64,000 bases of DNA from Chara braunii (lineage: Eukaryota > Plantae > Charophyceae): positions 5,394,470 to 5,458,469 of the forward strand of contig BFEA01000014.1 in the NCBI GenBank assembly GCA_003427395.1, written 5' to 3'. Under the pieces are notes generated by a model that did no database searches, had not been told where the DNA came from, and worked only from the letters and a program-made list of their open reading frames with translations. Position numbers and translations under genes: made by a program. The stretch's first letter is position 1. Each line of letters opens with the position of its first letter. Below are positions 1 through 12,428 of this stretch, in pieces.

Positions 1-200
1 TCGTACCTCAGGCTCGTCAAGCCGGCCGGTCAAAGACGAAGGTTCACTGAAAAGGAAACACATTCACACTGAGTTTTCAGATGAAGCTTCATTCAAAACG
101 ACCACCTTCTCTCATTGCCGCATCGCCGAGGTCTGTACCCGGATCGCTATGGCAAACCAACAGAGACATAAAGGCCCTGGAGAACACGTCTACATCCTCA

Positions 201-311
<111 letters not shown>

Positions 312-876
312 NNNNNNNNNNNNNNNNNNNNNNNNNNNNNNNNNNNNNNNNNNNNNNNNNNNNNNNNNNNNNNNNNNNNNNNNNNNNNNNNNNNNNNNNN
401 NNNNNNNNNNNNNNNNNNNNNNNNNNNNNNNNNNNNNNNNNNNNNNNNNNNNNNNNNNNNNNNNNNNNNNNNNNNNNNNNNNNNNNNNNNNNNNNNNNNN
501 NNNNNNNNNNNNNNNNNNNNNNNNNNNNNNNNNNNNNNNNNNNNNNNNNNNNNNNNNNNNNNNNNNNNNNNNNNNNNNNNNNNNNNNNNNNNNNNNNNNN
601 NNNNNNNNNNNNNNNNNNNNNNNNNNNNNNNNNNNNNNNNNNNNNNNNNNNNNNNNNNNNNNNNNNNNNNNNNNNNNNNNNNNNNNNNNNNNNNNNNNNN
701 NNNNNNNNNNNNNNNNNNNNNNNNNNNNNNNNNNNNNNNNNNNNNNNNNNNNNNNNNNNNNNNNNNNNNNNNNNNNNNNNNNNNNNNNNNNNNNNNNNNN
801 NNNNNNNNNNNNNNNNNNNNNNNNNNNNNNNNNNNNNNNNNNNNNNNNNNNNNNNNNNNNNNNNNNNNNNNNNNNN

Positions 877-959
<83 letters not shown>

Positions 960-1177
960 CCTCAGAGTACCCCTTTCCTGTCGTTTTTCTGCAATATCTG
1001 AGGGTGAGGTGTTCTCACATCGCCCTCAATAACCCCGACCTCATTCTTCACCGCTCCGATGTCAGCAGGCTGTGCCTGAAGTCCGTTCGTTCTTTCGTTA
1101 CACGCAGAAAAGACACAGCGTACGTAAATATGGCCTCAGAAAACTGCCCTCGCCAACTGCTTTCGGGCGTACTTACA

Positions 1178-1287
1178 CTACCTTCCTTCCCCGAATACAA
1201 CGTACCGTCATTATAGCTGTATTAGACTGAAAGATATCTCAAATACAGCTTTAATGACGGTTCGTTGTATTCGGGGGAAGAAGGTAG
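1178..1287. mobile_element. MITE family A (about 105 bp fold-back, TA TSD at CTAG sites)
   Basis: About 45-bp arms ccttccttccccgaatacaacgtaccgtcattatagctgtatt / aatacagctttaatgacggttcgttgtattcgggggaagaagg, flanked by cTA..TAg. Confidence 0.9.
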
Positions 1288-1339
1288 CCAGACCTGGATG
1301 TATCTGGCCGGCGTCCGCAGTTACTTCCGGTAACAAGTC

Positions 1340-1483
1340 CCACTAGCAGCGTTGAGCTACCTCAACGCCTGAATGTGGACGCTTTTGCGGAGATGTGCAG
1401 AAATGGTGTTGAGTTTCCTGAACTGCACGTCTCCACAAACACATCCAGATTCAGGCGTTGAGGTAGCTCAACGCTGCTAGTGG
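1340..1483. mobile_element. Fold-back element with perfect 35-bp inverted arms, each holding an internal hairpin
   Basis: ccactagcagcgttgagctacctcaacgcctgaat (1340-1374) / reverse complement at 1449-1483. 12-bp direct repeat ccggtaacaagt at 1327-1338 and 1494-1505. Confidence 0.8.
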
Positions 1484-1826
1484 AGCTTGGCCCCCGGTAA
1501 CAAGTAAAAAAGTACTAAAAACTTAAAAAGTCCTACAGTAGTGTGAGTATTATTTGAATTTATTTCCTTATTGATGTTTGGCAAAAAGAAATTAAAAAAA
1601 CAATCCTACGCCCTTAGACTCGTTTTTCTTTCTTTTTCTTTTCTCTAGATTTATGCGTGCCATCCTAGACTCCACAGGCCATACTAATCTTCCTTCTTTT
1701 TTTTGTTTTCTTTTTTTTTTCTTTTTGTTTTGTCCTTCTCTGTACAGTTCCGTATTGAATTTCAAGGCCTTTGGTCAGGCACTCGATGCCCTGAACCACT
1801 GCCATATATCACCGTCTAAAATCTGC

Positions 1827-1866
1827 CTACCTTCTTCCCCCGAATACAACGTACTGTCATTATAGT

Positions 1867-1920
<54 letters not shown>

Positions 1921-1969
1921 CCTCTCTCTGCTATAATGACCGTACGCTGTATTCGGAGGAAGAAGCTAG
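1827..1969. mobile_element. MITE family A copy with (CT)n(GT)n microsatellite in the loop
   Basis: Same arms as 1178-1287. Confidence 0.85.
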
Positions 1970-2165
1970 CACCTCTACGGAAAAGGAACACTGTCCTATC
2001 CGGATGGATCGGCGAGGAGATTAGCGCCCTGGATACGATGAGCCCACACATGGGACACAGTCTTGTGAAGTGCCCTGGTGACACTGGATGTATCTGTCAC
2101 CTTTTAGGCTCAGAGGTGGATGCACCTGACTGCAATTATGGCTCCCGCAGAGAAGTTGAAGAAGT

Positions 2166-2167
<2 letters not shown>

Positions 2168-2197
<30 letters not shown>

Positions 2198-2584
2198 GAA
2201 AGGGCCATGGCCTCTGGGTATTATCATCTGATTCTGGGTATTATCATCTGATTAACCAGCCCAGGGGAATTCAATCATGTGTCTCATGTGTCTAATCTTT
2301 TTTTTTTTGGCCTTTTCAGCCCCTGGTGGCCTTATTGCCATCAGGGAACCCCCAGTGGGCGACACCGGCCAGGGACAGACAGATGATGCCGCCATGCCTC
2401 CCTAATTACCCCTCCCCCTATGAGCATAGGGGCTCACAGACTGCTTTGTGGGGGGACCAACGGGCTTTCCCCAGGTGGGGGGCGCCAAGCATGCCCAGGA
2501 AGGTATATGCGGCCGGTGGGGATTGAACCCATGACCTCCTGAATGCCACTTGCGTGCCTGACCGACTGAGCTACGCCGCTGGAC
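2168..2584 (-). mobile_element. tRNA-derived SINE, complete (about 417 bp)
   Basis: Head gcggcgTAGCTCAGTCGG...GGGTTCAATCCC (A and B boxes; tRNA-Ala-like, anticodon stem broken). 30-nt poly(A) at 2168-2197. Perfect 14-bp TSD agttgaagaagtcc at 2154-2167 and 2585-2598. Confidence 0.92.
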
Positions 2585-3126
2585 AGTTGAAGAAGTCCTA
2601 GTGTGAGTATATGCCGTAAGAAAAGCGAAGGCAAAATTCTCTCACGGTTGTAGCATAGAGCTATGTAACTCTCTGTACGTCGTACGGGGGTTCTTTCGTA
2701 CGGCCGTACGGACGGTCCCGTACAAAGTGACGAACCCGCCCCCCCCAAAAAACGTAAAAAAATAAAATAAAATATGGGGATGTGCTCTAGACCCCCATAT
2801 TTTTTATTTTATTTTATTGTCTTTTTTATATTAAAAAAAATAATAAAAAACATCAGAACGCAGAAAAAAAATAAATAAATAAAGAAATAAAAATTGATTG
2901 ATTGATTGATTGATTGACCAAAAAAAGAAAAAGGGAAAACAAGGGCACTTTTAAGGTTTTCGGTTTTAAATGTGTTTCAGTCACCGTTTGGTAAATTTTG
3001 CTCCAAAGCGAGGAACATCGTGAATGTATCCAACCCAGCTTTAGGGTTGGGTGGGGATTAGTTGTGTTCGAAGGATGCCTGAAGTGGATTTGAAACTCAA
3101 AACGTGACTGCGTCCTAGTTACCCAA

Positions 3127-3193
<67 letters not shown>

Positions 3194-3221
3194 GTGCATG
3201 CACGCGCGCGCGCGCGCGTGC

Positions 3222-3284
<63 letters not shown>

Positions 3285-3351
3285 NNNNNNNNNNNNNNNN
3301 NNNNNNNNNNNNNNNNNNNNNNNNNNNNNNNNNNNNNNNNNNNNNNNNNNN

Positions 3352-3385
<34 letters not shown>

Positions 3386-4078
3386 ATGCCTTGCATTCCT
3401 GTGCATTTTGCATGTCTGATGTGTAGTTTGGCTGGTCTGCCCCGTTAACAATACCTGGTGCTTCGCTGAGCTGCTGCCTTGCTTGCTGCTGTGTTCCATT
3501 TGTTGTGTAATCTGCATGTTGCCCACTTTCAACAGGGGTCAAAAGAAAAAAGAGAAAAAAAGAAAGAAAAAAAAAAAGAGTCCCATGACACAAAGCATGG
3601 CTTTCATGGGGATTGTGCAGACTGTTGTTATGAAACAATCTTGGACTATTATGATCACTTTAAATTTAAATTTATTATTTTTGCTCTTTGTTGCTTTTGG
3701 CACTGAGTCTCTTACTTTTTGCCCTCAAGTTGTTGCTTTTTGTCTTGCCGTCACTTTTATTATTTTCGCTCTTTGTTGCTTTTGTGGCACTCTTACTTTT
3801 TGCCTTTGTTGCCTTGTTGCCTTTTGGCTTGCTGTCTTTTCTTCCACTTGAAGTTCTCTCTGTTGTTTGTCTGCACATCCGGCTACCCCTGCCCTTCCCA
3901 GCCCATCTCCCTTGCTGCCACTCGCACTCGCACTCGCACTCGTTCTGCAATGCCTTGTCGCCTCCTGCTCTTCACCTTGTGCATGTTTTTTAATCGCCGT
4001 TCTAAGCGTTCTTGCCTTCAAGTTGCTGCTGTTTGGCTTTGCTGCTTTTTGCCTTAAAAAAAAAAAAGTTACACTTGT

Positions 4079-4335
4079 TTTGCTTCATGACCTTTCAGAG
4101 CACGACAATAAGCGCGTTCGTTTTATGGGCTTACCTGGCCGCAGGCTCTCACTCAAGCGTTGCTTAAAAGTGTACTGTTTTTTCGATGCAGTATGCCACA
4201 ACACGGTCACCGTGTTGCTTCATGGCCTTTCAGAGCACGACAACAAGCGCGCTCGTTTTATGGGCTTACGTGGCCGCAATCTCTTCTTCGAGTGTTTGCT
4301 TAAAAACGAAATATTATGCCACAACACGGTCGCGG
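4079..4335. repeat. Tandem duplication, about 135 bp x2
   Basis: ttgcttcatg(a/g)cctttcagagcacgacaa...tatgccacaacacggtc occurs twice. Confidence 0.9.
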
Positions 4336-4440
4336 ACGTCTTATGACTTTTATCCCCTCCCACACACACACACACACAAAACAACAACAACAGAAGAAGA
4401 AGAAAAAAAAAGACAAACAAACAAACAAAGTGTGTGCTGT

Positions 4441-4540
4441 GTGCTTCCACACCTGTTAAATTTGGAACAATACAGAGAAAGAAGATTAGCATAGCCCCTG
4501 TGCACAAGGATGACACACAAAAATCCAGAAATGGTCCTAA
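4441..4540 (+). pseudogene. U6: U6 snRNA-derived retrocopy 1
   Basis: ttggaacaatacagaga[aaga]agattagcatagcccctgtgcacaaggatgacacacaaaaatccagaaatggtcc, followed by an A/C-rich tail. Direct repeat gtgtgctgtgt at 4432-4442 and 4581-4591. Confidence 0.88.
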
Positions 4541-4929
4541 TAAAACAACTTGAAACAACAAACACACAAACAAACAAGGAGTGTGCTGTGTTCAGTGACA
4601 AGAAAGAGGGTGTCACATGAATGAGGTGTTTGTGAAGATGGATGTGTGTACACTGTACATGGACCTAGTTGCAAAAGGGAAGAGCAGACGAAGGGGCTCC
4701 TTGATTTCGTTCAAAAAATATAATATGTCCGTTTTGACGAAATGGCTGTTATAGAAGATAGTGAGATACATCTGCCGCTCCGAATACCAGGCGATGTATC
4801 TTGCCACCAAGTATGGGAAGATTCACTCGCAACTTTTCAAGTCTGGTGGTTAGTGTTGTGTGGCCCTATCTCACACGTCAACCCATCAGTGATATGGCTG
4901 ACTAACTGTTACAGCTTTTCACTACATTC

Positions 4930-4960
<31 letters not shown>

Positions 4961-5172
4961 GAACTTCAAAAGAGAAAGGGCATATGCACACTGACAGCTT
5001 TTGACATGTTTTCGGACGGAAATGCAGCCGGATGCAATGCACGTGGAAAAGCACTTGGTCAAACCGAGCAACAGGAGGATCACATCTACTAGCAAGCCGG
5101 ATCGGGAGATAAACGTCGGAAGTGGTAGATAGGTAGGCCGAGGTGAAATTGAGAGAAAACTGAAGCTTACTC

Positions 5173-5205
<33 letters not shown>

Positions 5206-5500
5206 ATAGAAGTCAGAACGAATGGCGATAAATCAAATCAATTAACAATTTAAGTTATTTTACGCATTTAAAAAAAAAAAAAAAACATAAATCATAAATG
5301 TATATTGTCATGTATCACGCGCCTATGGGGCAAAAGGCATGAACCGTAAAATACGCTGAAGAATCAATATACTCGGACGATTGATTCTTACTCAGAGTCT
5401 TTCTTTATTTACCCCTAGCCACAAGTCATCCCTGTATTTTGCCACATACGTGGGTTCGGTCCTCCAAGGCCTGTTCGGACTCTCTTCAACCTGCTCAAGG

Positions 5501-5637
5501 CTAGATCACCCGGTTTCGGGTCCTGCGCGCTTAGTATTAGTATATGCTCCGGGCTTGGTATAGATCACCCGGTTTCGGGTCCCGCGCGCTTAGTATTTGC
5601 ACCATGTACTACTGCTAGATCGCCCGGTTTCGGGTCC
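5501..5637. repeat. Three copies of tagatc(a/g)cccggtttcgggtcc with a small hairpin
   Basis: Units at about 5501, 5560 and 5615. Confidence 0.85.
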
Positions 5638-6392
5638 AGGCTTGAACCATGTCTCCCAAAATAAATCAGTACATACGGCGTAAGACGATTTCACGGATCG
5701 AGGTCGGAATGGGATCGGGTGTTTTCACGTCCTACAGGTGTGTTTTTGTGTGTTTTATTTATTATATTATTCATGTATTTTTCATCAAGTTAATTGCAGA
5801 TTTGTCGTATCTAGTCTAAGAGTCCTTCTGCTGTGCTCTTTGTTTTTCTCTGTTTTTCAGTTTCTTTTTGTTCAAACCTTCCGAGTCTGCAGCAATGAAT
5901 ATGATTTTGTCACATGGAGGAGTTTTGTATTTTGATTACAGGTGTTACCTTATCCAATACAAAAAAGATACAAATTAGTACTCATATGAACTAAATGCAC
6001 ACACTTTGCAAAACGAATAAATAATAAATATAGACATAAAAACTGTCTTCGGCGATATCTTCTCCCTGCAATTTGCAATCACAGCATGAAGGAACTCCTT
6101 CCAAGTTCACACACGACTTCAGGAGAAAAAAAAAAACAAAAAACAAAACAAAAAAAAAAACTATGTCTTGTCTTCCTGAGTCAATTTGTTCGCCGACAAC
6201 GTAGCAGTTGGAGCAAGGACCACAACTTGCCCTACTTTTTCTCTTCGCTGTGAAGCATGAACGAAAATGAAGACGGGAAACCGAGCCAAACGAATCCGTG
6301 ACGAGCGTTCCCTCTCAAAAAAGCAGCTAGTATTTTTCTCACACAGCAATAACTCTGCCCATTTCGTCAAACCGGATAGACAAAAATATTAA

Positions 6393-6577
6393 CCCACCAG
6401 TACCCACCGTGTTTTTAGTTGTTAACGAGGTGGATGAATCGGCCTACTGCGCGGGTCTGTTTTTAGTGACCACCGTGTTTTTAGTTGTTAACGAGGTGGA
6501 TGAATCGGCCTACCGCACTGGTCTGTATTCATTCACGTGAGAGGGGGCCTAAGAACCCAGCAGTAGGTACCGGTGGT
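6393..6577. mobile_element. Family-B-related element with an internal ~65-bp duplication
   Basis: TTAA-cccaccagtacc...ggtaccggtggt-TTAA. Other family-B termini at 34725, 48737, 50338, about 51220 and about 59885. Confidence 0.72.
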
Positions 6578-6960
6578 TTAAATACCCTTCCATGCATTCA
6601 CAGACACTGGAAACATATGCCTGTGCAGGACATGCCAGGCCCCGTTTAACAAATGCCAAGGCCGGCCCCCTGTGGAAAGCATGCATGTGCAATGCATGCC
6701 TGGCCAAGTCGAACGCATGCCCTGTGCAAACAAATGCCCCGTGGATTCCGCGTGGGTTCGCTGTGGAACACATGCTCAGTAACTTGGCGTTTTCTTTTTT
6801 TTGAGTACAGTGTACACCCAATTCCTAACTGCCTGATTGAAAAAAAATACTGCCACGAACTATATGAAACTATGTGAAACTATGTGAAACTATTTGAAAC
6901 TATTTGAAAGGAAGGACAAATGTGTTGAGCTGCGCGTCGAGGGACTATAATGTGAAACAA

Positions 6961-6995
<35 letters not shown>

Positions 6996-7199
6996 CGGGG
7001 GGGACTAGGTACAAATGTGTTGAACTGACAATGTGCGAACTGAGGGAAACTGTACGGAAATGGTGCAAAATGACGTGAAAACACTGAAAAGGTGGGGGGA
7101 ACTGCGTGAAACGGGGTTGACGAGAGTGGAAATGTGTGAAACCATGCCAACCAGTGTGAGAGTGAGACTGTGGTCAAACTGTGTGAACCGGAACAAGTT

Positions 7200-7975
7200 G
7201 TTATCGAACGGTGCCAAACGATCATGTTAAATGCCGACAAACTGTGCAGCTGTGAATTGCAGCTGTGGAACAGAGTGATACTGTGTGAATCGGTATCAGA
7301 ATGTCAGAATGTGCTGTCAGATGGTGTGGAACAGTGAAACCGTTTCAAACGGTGCCAAAAGATGTCCATTGCTGTCAAATGTCGTCAAACGGCATCAAAC
7401 GGTATCAAACAATGTTCAACGGTGTCAAACAGTATCAAGCGGAATCAAAAGGTACCAAACGGTTTGTCAAACGGTGCTAAACGGTATCAAATGGTATCAA
7501 ACGGTTGGTGAACTGCTGTCAAACGGTGCTAAGCAGCATCAAACAGTTTGTCAAAAGGTGCTAAATGGTATCAAACGGCCTGTCAAATGCTGGCAAAATG
7601 CTGTTGGACGGCGTCAAACAGTATCGAACAGTATCAAACGGTGCTAAATGGTGTCAAACGGTTTGTCAAACAGTGCTAAACGGTGTCAAACAGTGTTAAA
7701 CAGTGTCAAATGATATCAAATGTCGTCCAATGCTGTCTAACGGTGTCAAACGGTATCAAACAGTATCAAACGGTATCAAACGGTATCAAACGGTGCTAAA
7801 CAGTATCAAACGAAACGGTGCTAAGCGGTATCCAACAGTTTGTCAAATGCTGTCAAATGCTGTCAAATGCTGTCGAGCGGCGTCAAACGGTATCAAACAG
7901 TGCTAAACCGTATCAAACGGTTTATCAGTGATGAACGGTATCAAACAGTTTGTCAAACTCTGTCAAATGCAGCTG
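7200..7975. repeat. Degenerate ~10-bp minisatellite (caaacggtat / caaacggtgt)
   Basis: Dozens of tcaaacgg(t/c) units. Confidence 0.9.
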
Positions 7976-8133
7976 AGGAAAGTGTGAAATGGCGTGAAAA
8001 GGTGTGAAGCAGTGAGACCCTACAAACCTCGAGAAGAGCAACCCCACCCACCAACCCCTACCCCCCACCCCCCCTTTACCAGATGCTAGAGACAGAGCAG
8101 AAATGCCAACCATCTCCTGACCCCACACTTCTG

Positions 8134-8360
8134 GATACGCATCTTCATCAATACTAGCATCATGGCCAAAACCATTCTGTGCACTTGCAGATACGCATCT
8201 TATTCAATACTAGATCATGGCCAAAACCATCCTGACAGTGGGCACTTGCAGATATTACGCATCTGAATCGACACTAGGATCATGGCCAAAACCATTCTGT
8301 GCACTTGCAGATACCCCTCTGAATCAATTCTACGCTACTAGCATCATGGCCAAAACCATT
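8134..8360. repeat. Four ~55-65-bp tandem units
   Basis: gatacgcatct...tactag(c)atcatggccaaaaccat repeated four times. Confidence 0.9.
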
Positions 8361-9227
8361 ATATGCGCGCTCATTACACACTGACAAAAGCCCACAACAC
8401 AATCCACTCAGGCTGCAGATGCTTCAAGCGCTTTTCTTAAAAACTCGCCCATGTGCGACACATGAACATCAGGCAGAGTCATCGGAAAAGCATTCCTGCC
8501 CCCCCCCCCCCTCCTCCCCCAGCAGCCCACATGGCATACTCGTCCCACTTGCGCCTCGAGTGCTTTTTGAAACTCGCTCACTCCAAGCAAGCTTTCAAGT
8601 TTCAGCCCACATGGTCGACTTGTCCTGCTCACGGGGAACGGGACATTCGCCACGACGAGGAATCCAATGCGGACGATACCCGCACCATCATCAAGTGCTT
8701 CTCCATGCATGAACACCGTGACCAGCCCCCGCCGCCGTCGCCGACAACCCAGACACCCACTGTGTGCCAGAGGAGATCACTTCTCCAAGCCGATCGATCA
8801 CAATGACGTTGAAAGTTGAAACCACCATGGGGGCTGGTCGGCAGGGCTGTACATGTCGGCTGGCGCCAGCTGTTCAGTCCACAGCTCTGTGCGCCAGTTG
8901 TTCGTTTTACAGCTGTGCCGAGTCTCCACACGACATGTACAGCCCCGCTGACCGAAGCGTTTTTTTTTTGTTTTTTCTTTTTGTTTTTTTGGGAGCTTGA
9001 AAAAGCTAGAGAAGTGTAGGGTGAATCACAAAATGTCATATGAAGTGTGTAACTAGGTGTACCACCCGAATAACAGCGCTAAGCCTTTCAAATTGCTACT
9101 CGCACAAGTAGAGTGGGGGTCGCTCATTCTCAGCAAGATTGTTGTGCCACCATGTACCTGGACACTTCTGTCATCAATGTTAATACCAAACAACTTCACA
9201 TTTCAATCCTTTACCAACTTGAAGAAA

Positions 9228-10200
9228 GAAGATGGCTGGTTCCAACTCATTGGGATGAAAAAAAGGTGGCTGGTTCCAACTCAGGTTCCAACTGGTTGGC
9301 AACCAAGATGGACTGTTCCAACTCAGGTTCCAACGCAGGTTCCAACTCAGGTTCCAACTCAGGTTCCAACTCACTGGGAAGAAAAGAAGATGGCTGGTTC
9401 CAACTCAGGTTCCAACTCAGGTTCCATTGGAACTCAGGTTCCAACTCAGGTTCCAACTAATTGGGAAGAAAAGAAAGATGGCTGGTTCCAACTCAGGTAC
9501 CAACTCGTTGGCAAGAAAAAAAAAGATGGCTGGTTCCAGCTCAAGTTCCAACTCAAGTTCCAACTCATTCCCAAGAATAGCGCCTGGTTCCGGCTCAGAG
9601 TCATTGGCAAGAAAAAGACGGATGGTTCCAACTCAGGTTCCAACTCAGGTTCCAACTCGTCGGCAAGAAAGATGGATGATTCCAACACAAGTTCCAATTC
9701 GTTCCCAAGAAACATCGCTGGTTCCAACTCATTCCCAAGAAAGATGGCTGGTTCCAACTAAGGGTCCAACTTGTCGGCAAGAAAGATGGATGGTTCCAAC
9801 ACAAGTTCCAACTCATTCCCAAGAAACATTGCTGGTTCCAACTCATTCCCGAGAAACATCTCTGGTTCCAACTCATTCCCAAGAAACATCGCTGGTTCCA
9901 ACTCGTTCCCAAGAAACATCGCTGGTTCCAACTCGTTCCCAAGGAAGATGGATGGTTCCAACTTAGGTTCCAACTTGTCGTCAAGAAAGATGGATGGTTC
10001 CAACGCAAATTCCAACTCATTCCCAAGAAACACGGCTGGTTCCAATGCAAGTTCCAACTCATTCCCAAGAAACATTGCTGGTTCCAACGCAAGTTCCAAC
10101 TCGTTGGCAAGAAAGATCGATGGTTCCAACTCGGGTTCCAACTCATGGCCAAGAAAGGTGGTGGATGGTCCCAACACTAGTTCCAACTCATTAGCAAGAC
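9228..10200. repeat. Hierarchical minisatellite built on ggttccaact (12-, 30- and 42-bp periods)
   Basis: ggttccaactca and tcccaagaaacatcgctggttccaactcat units. Confidence 0.95.
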
Positions 10201-10790
10201 AGATGGCCGCTTCACTGACCTCCGTTCCGCCAACAACGAGTTCGGTATAACGAACGAGAATCGGAAGGGCCCTTCACCTGCCACCAACATTACCATCATC
10301 TTTGACAACGATGATGATGATGATGATGAGGAGGAGGAGGAGGAGGAGGAGGAGGAGGAGGAGGAGGAGGTTCATGATGGCGATGGTGACTAGGAGAATT
10401 GCTGCACCAGCATGCTTGGCCTGCTGACATTCAGTCTGAGACAACCAATCGACATGAAAGACAAGAGGACACAACAGTGACCGTGCACAATTATACCAAA
10501 CGAACTCATGAAGGATCTGACTAAAGCAGAAAAAAATCCAAGCAACTGAACTACTCTGCAACCGTACAATAAAAAGGATGGACGTGACGTCACCTGTCCA
10601 TCTGTCTTCAACAAGATCCTGAAGCTTAGGACAGCTTTTGCACCCCTTCAGCAACCGGCAGCCCGATTCATCATCTATAGGCGCCAAAGTCATAATCATG
10701 CACCCCCCTTTACCGACTGCCAACACTTTCTTCATGATTATCGCCACCCACTAGTAAACAAACAGCAGTCCATGTCACCATCCTGCACCC

Positions 10791-10857
<67 letters not shown>

Positions 10858-12280
10858 ACNNNNNNNNNNNNNNNNNNNNNNNNNNNNNNNNNNNNNNNNN
10901 NNNNNNNNNNNNNNNNNNNNNNNNNNNNNNNNNNNNNNNNNNNNNNNNNNNNNNNNNNNNNNNNNNNNNNNNNNNNNNNNNNNNNNNNNNNNNNNNNNNN
11001 NNNNNNNNNNNNNNNNNNNNNNNNNNNNNNNNNNNNNNNNNNNNNNNNNNNNNNNNNNNNNNNNNNNNNNNNNNNNNNNNNNNNNNNNNNNNNNNNNNNN
11101 NNNNNNNNNNNNNNNNNNNNNNNNNNNNNNNNNNNNNNNNNNNNNNNNNNNNNNNNNNNNNNNNNNNNNNNNNNNNNNNNNNNNNNNNNNNNNNNNNNNN
11201 NNNNNNNNNNNNNNNNNNNNNNNNNNNNNNNNNNNNNNNNNNNNNNNNNNNNNNNNNNNNNNNNNNNNNNNNNNNNNNNNNNNNNNNNNNNNNNNNNNNN
11301 NNNNNNNNNNNNNNNNNNNNNNNNNNNNNNNNNNNNNNNNNNNNNNNNNNNNNNNNNNNNNNNNNNNNNNNNNNNNNNNNNNNNNNNNNNNNNNNNNNNN
11401 NNNNNNNNNNNNNNNNNNNNNNNNNNNNNNNNNNNNNNNNNNNNNNNNNNNNNNNNNNNNNNNNNNNNNNNNNNNNNNNNNNNNNNNNNNNNNNNNNNNN
11501 NNNNNNNNNNNNNNNNNNNNNNNNNNNNNNNNNNNNNNNNNNNNNNNNNNNNNNNNNNNNNNNNNNNNNNNNNNNNNNNNNNNNNNNNNNNNNNNNNNNN
11601 NNNNNNNNNNNNNNNNNNNNNNNNNNNNNNNNNNNNNNNNNNNNNNNNNNNNNNNNNNNNNNNNNNNNNNNNNNNNNNNNNNNNNNNNNNNNNNNNNGGT
11701 CAGATACACTAGTTCAATGCCGCATTTGCATCCAGAGGTATCCAGGAATTCCAAAGTCAAGAGTGCTACCGTGTTCACCCGGCAAATAGTTCACCCGCCG
11801 GTCAGTATAACCGCATTTGGCACAACTGTCAGTCCAGTTGCAGCGAAGATAATGACTGGGCGTTTCATTGACAGGTGAAGATGGTAGTGGGAGTAGTTAA
11901 TATGCTCTTAGTACTGGGAACTGCCGATTGCTGTCAAAGCGACAGCGGACATCTTTCCAGGAGTGGGTGAGCAGAACGTGTCGATTGCGAGGGCAATCCA
12001 CACTGCACAGCAGTGGAGTAGGCTGCGAGTAGGGTCCATCCCTCAAGCCCTGCATCAGTCTGAGACTTCATTCCTCCTACTGAGGAACTGAGGAAGACAG
12101 TCACTCTGATGCAGCCCCCCTTCTAGCACTTTCTAGAGTAAAAAAAAATGATGTGAATCTGCCCGATGTTTGGCATCGTGACCACACAATTGGCATTCGT
12201 CGGATAGTTTTAAAGATCGCCCCGTCCTGTCAAGTGTTGTGCTCCTCGGCCCATTTGTTGGGCCGCATACCCCTGAGACT

Positions 12281-12361
12281 TTACACAATGTCGTCCTTCT
12301 GCAGGGTGTCGGTATCCCGTGAGTGCTCTGCAATCGGCTTGGCCTTCGCTTCTGCATCATC
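12281..12361 (-). CDS. CHX: Probable terminal CHX exon (DDAEAKAKPIAEHSRDTDTLQKDDIV*)
   Basis: A 67-nt GT..AG intron at 12428-12362 joins ...TPRKE to DDAEAKAKPIAE, completing a third copy of the PRKADLHAGAKAKAIAE repeat seen twice upstream. Stop TAA at 12283-12281. Confidence 0.6.
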   Translation of the reverse strand, partial: DDAEAKAKPIAEHSRDTDTLQKDDIV

Positions 12362-12428
12362 CTGTCATGTGTTGTGCCCCTCACCCCATTTGTTTGATTT
12401 TATATATACCCCTAAAGGCTTTTCACAC

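Noticed and set aside
2509-2580. Functional tRNA-Ala gene
   Set aside because: The anticodon stem is unpaired and the sequence is the head of a TSD-flanked, poly(A)-tailed SINE.
9057-10250. ORFs with PTQV / GSNS / LEPE repeats
   Set aside because: Open frames on both strands arise from a stop-poor minisatellite, with frameshifts between ORFs and no unique domain.
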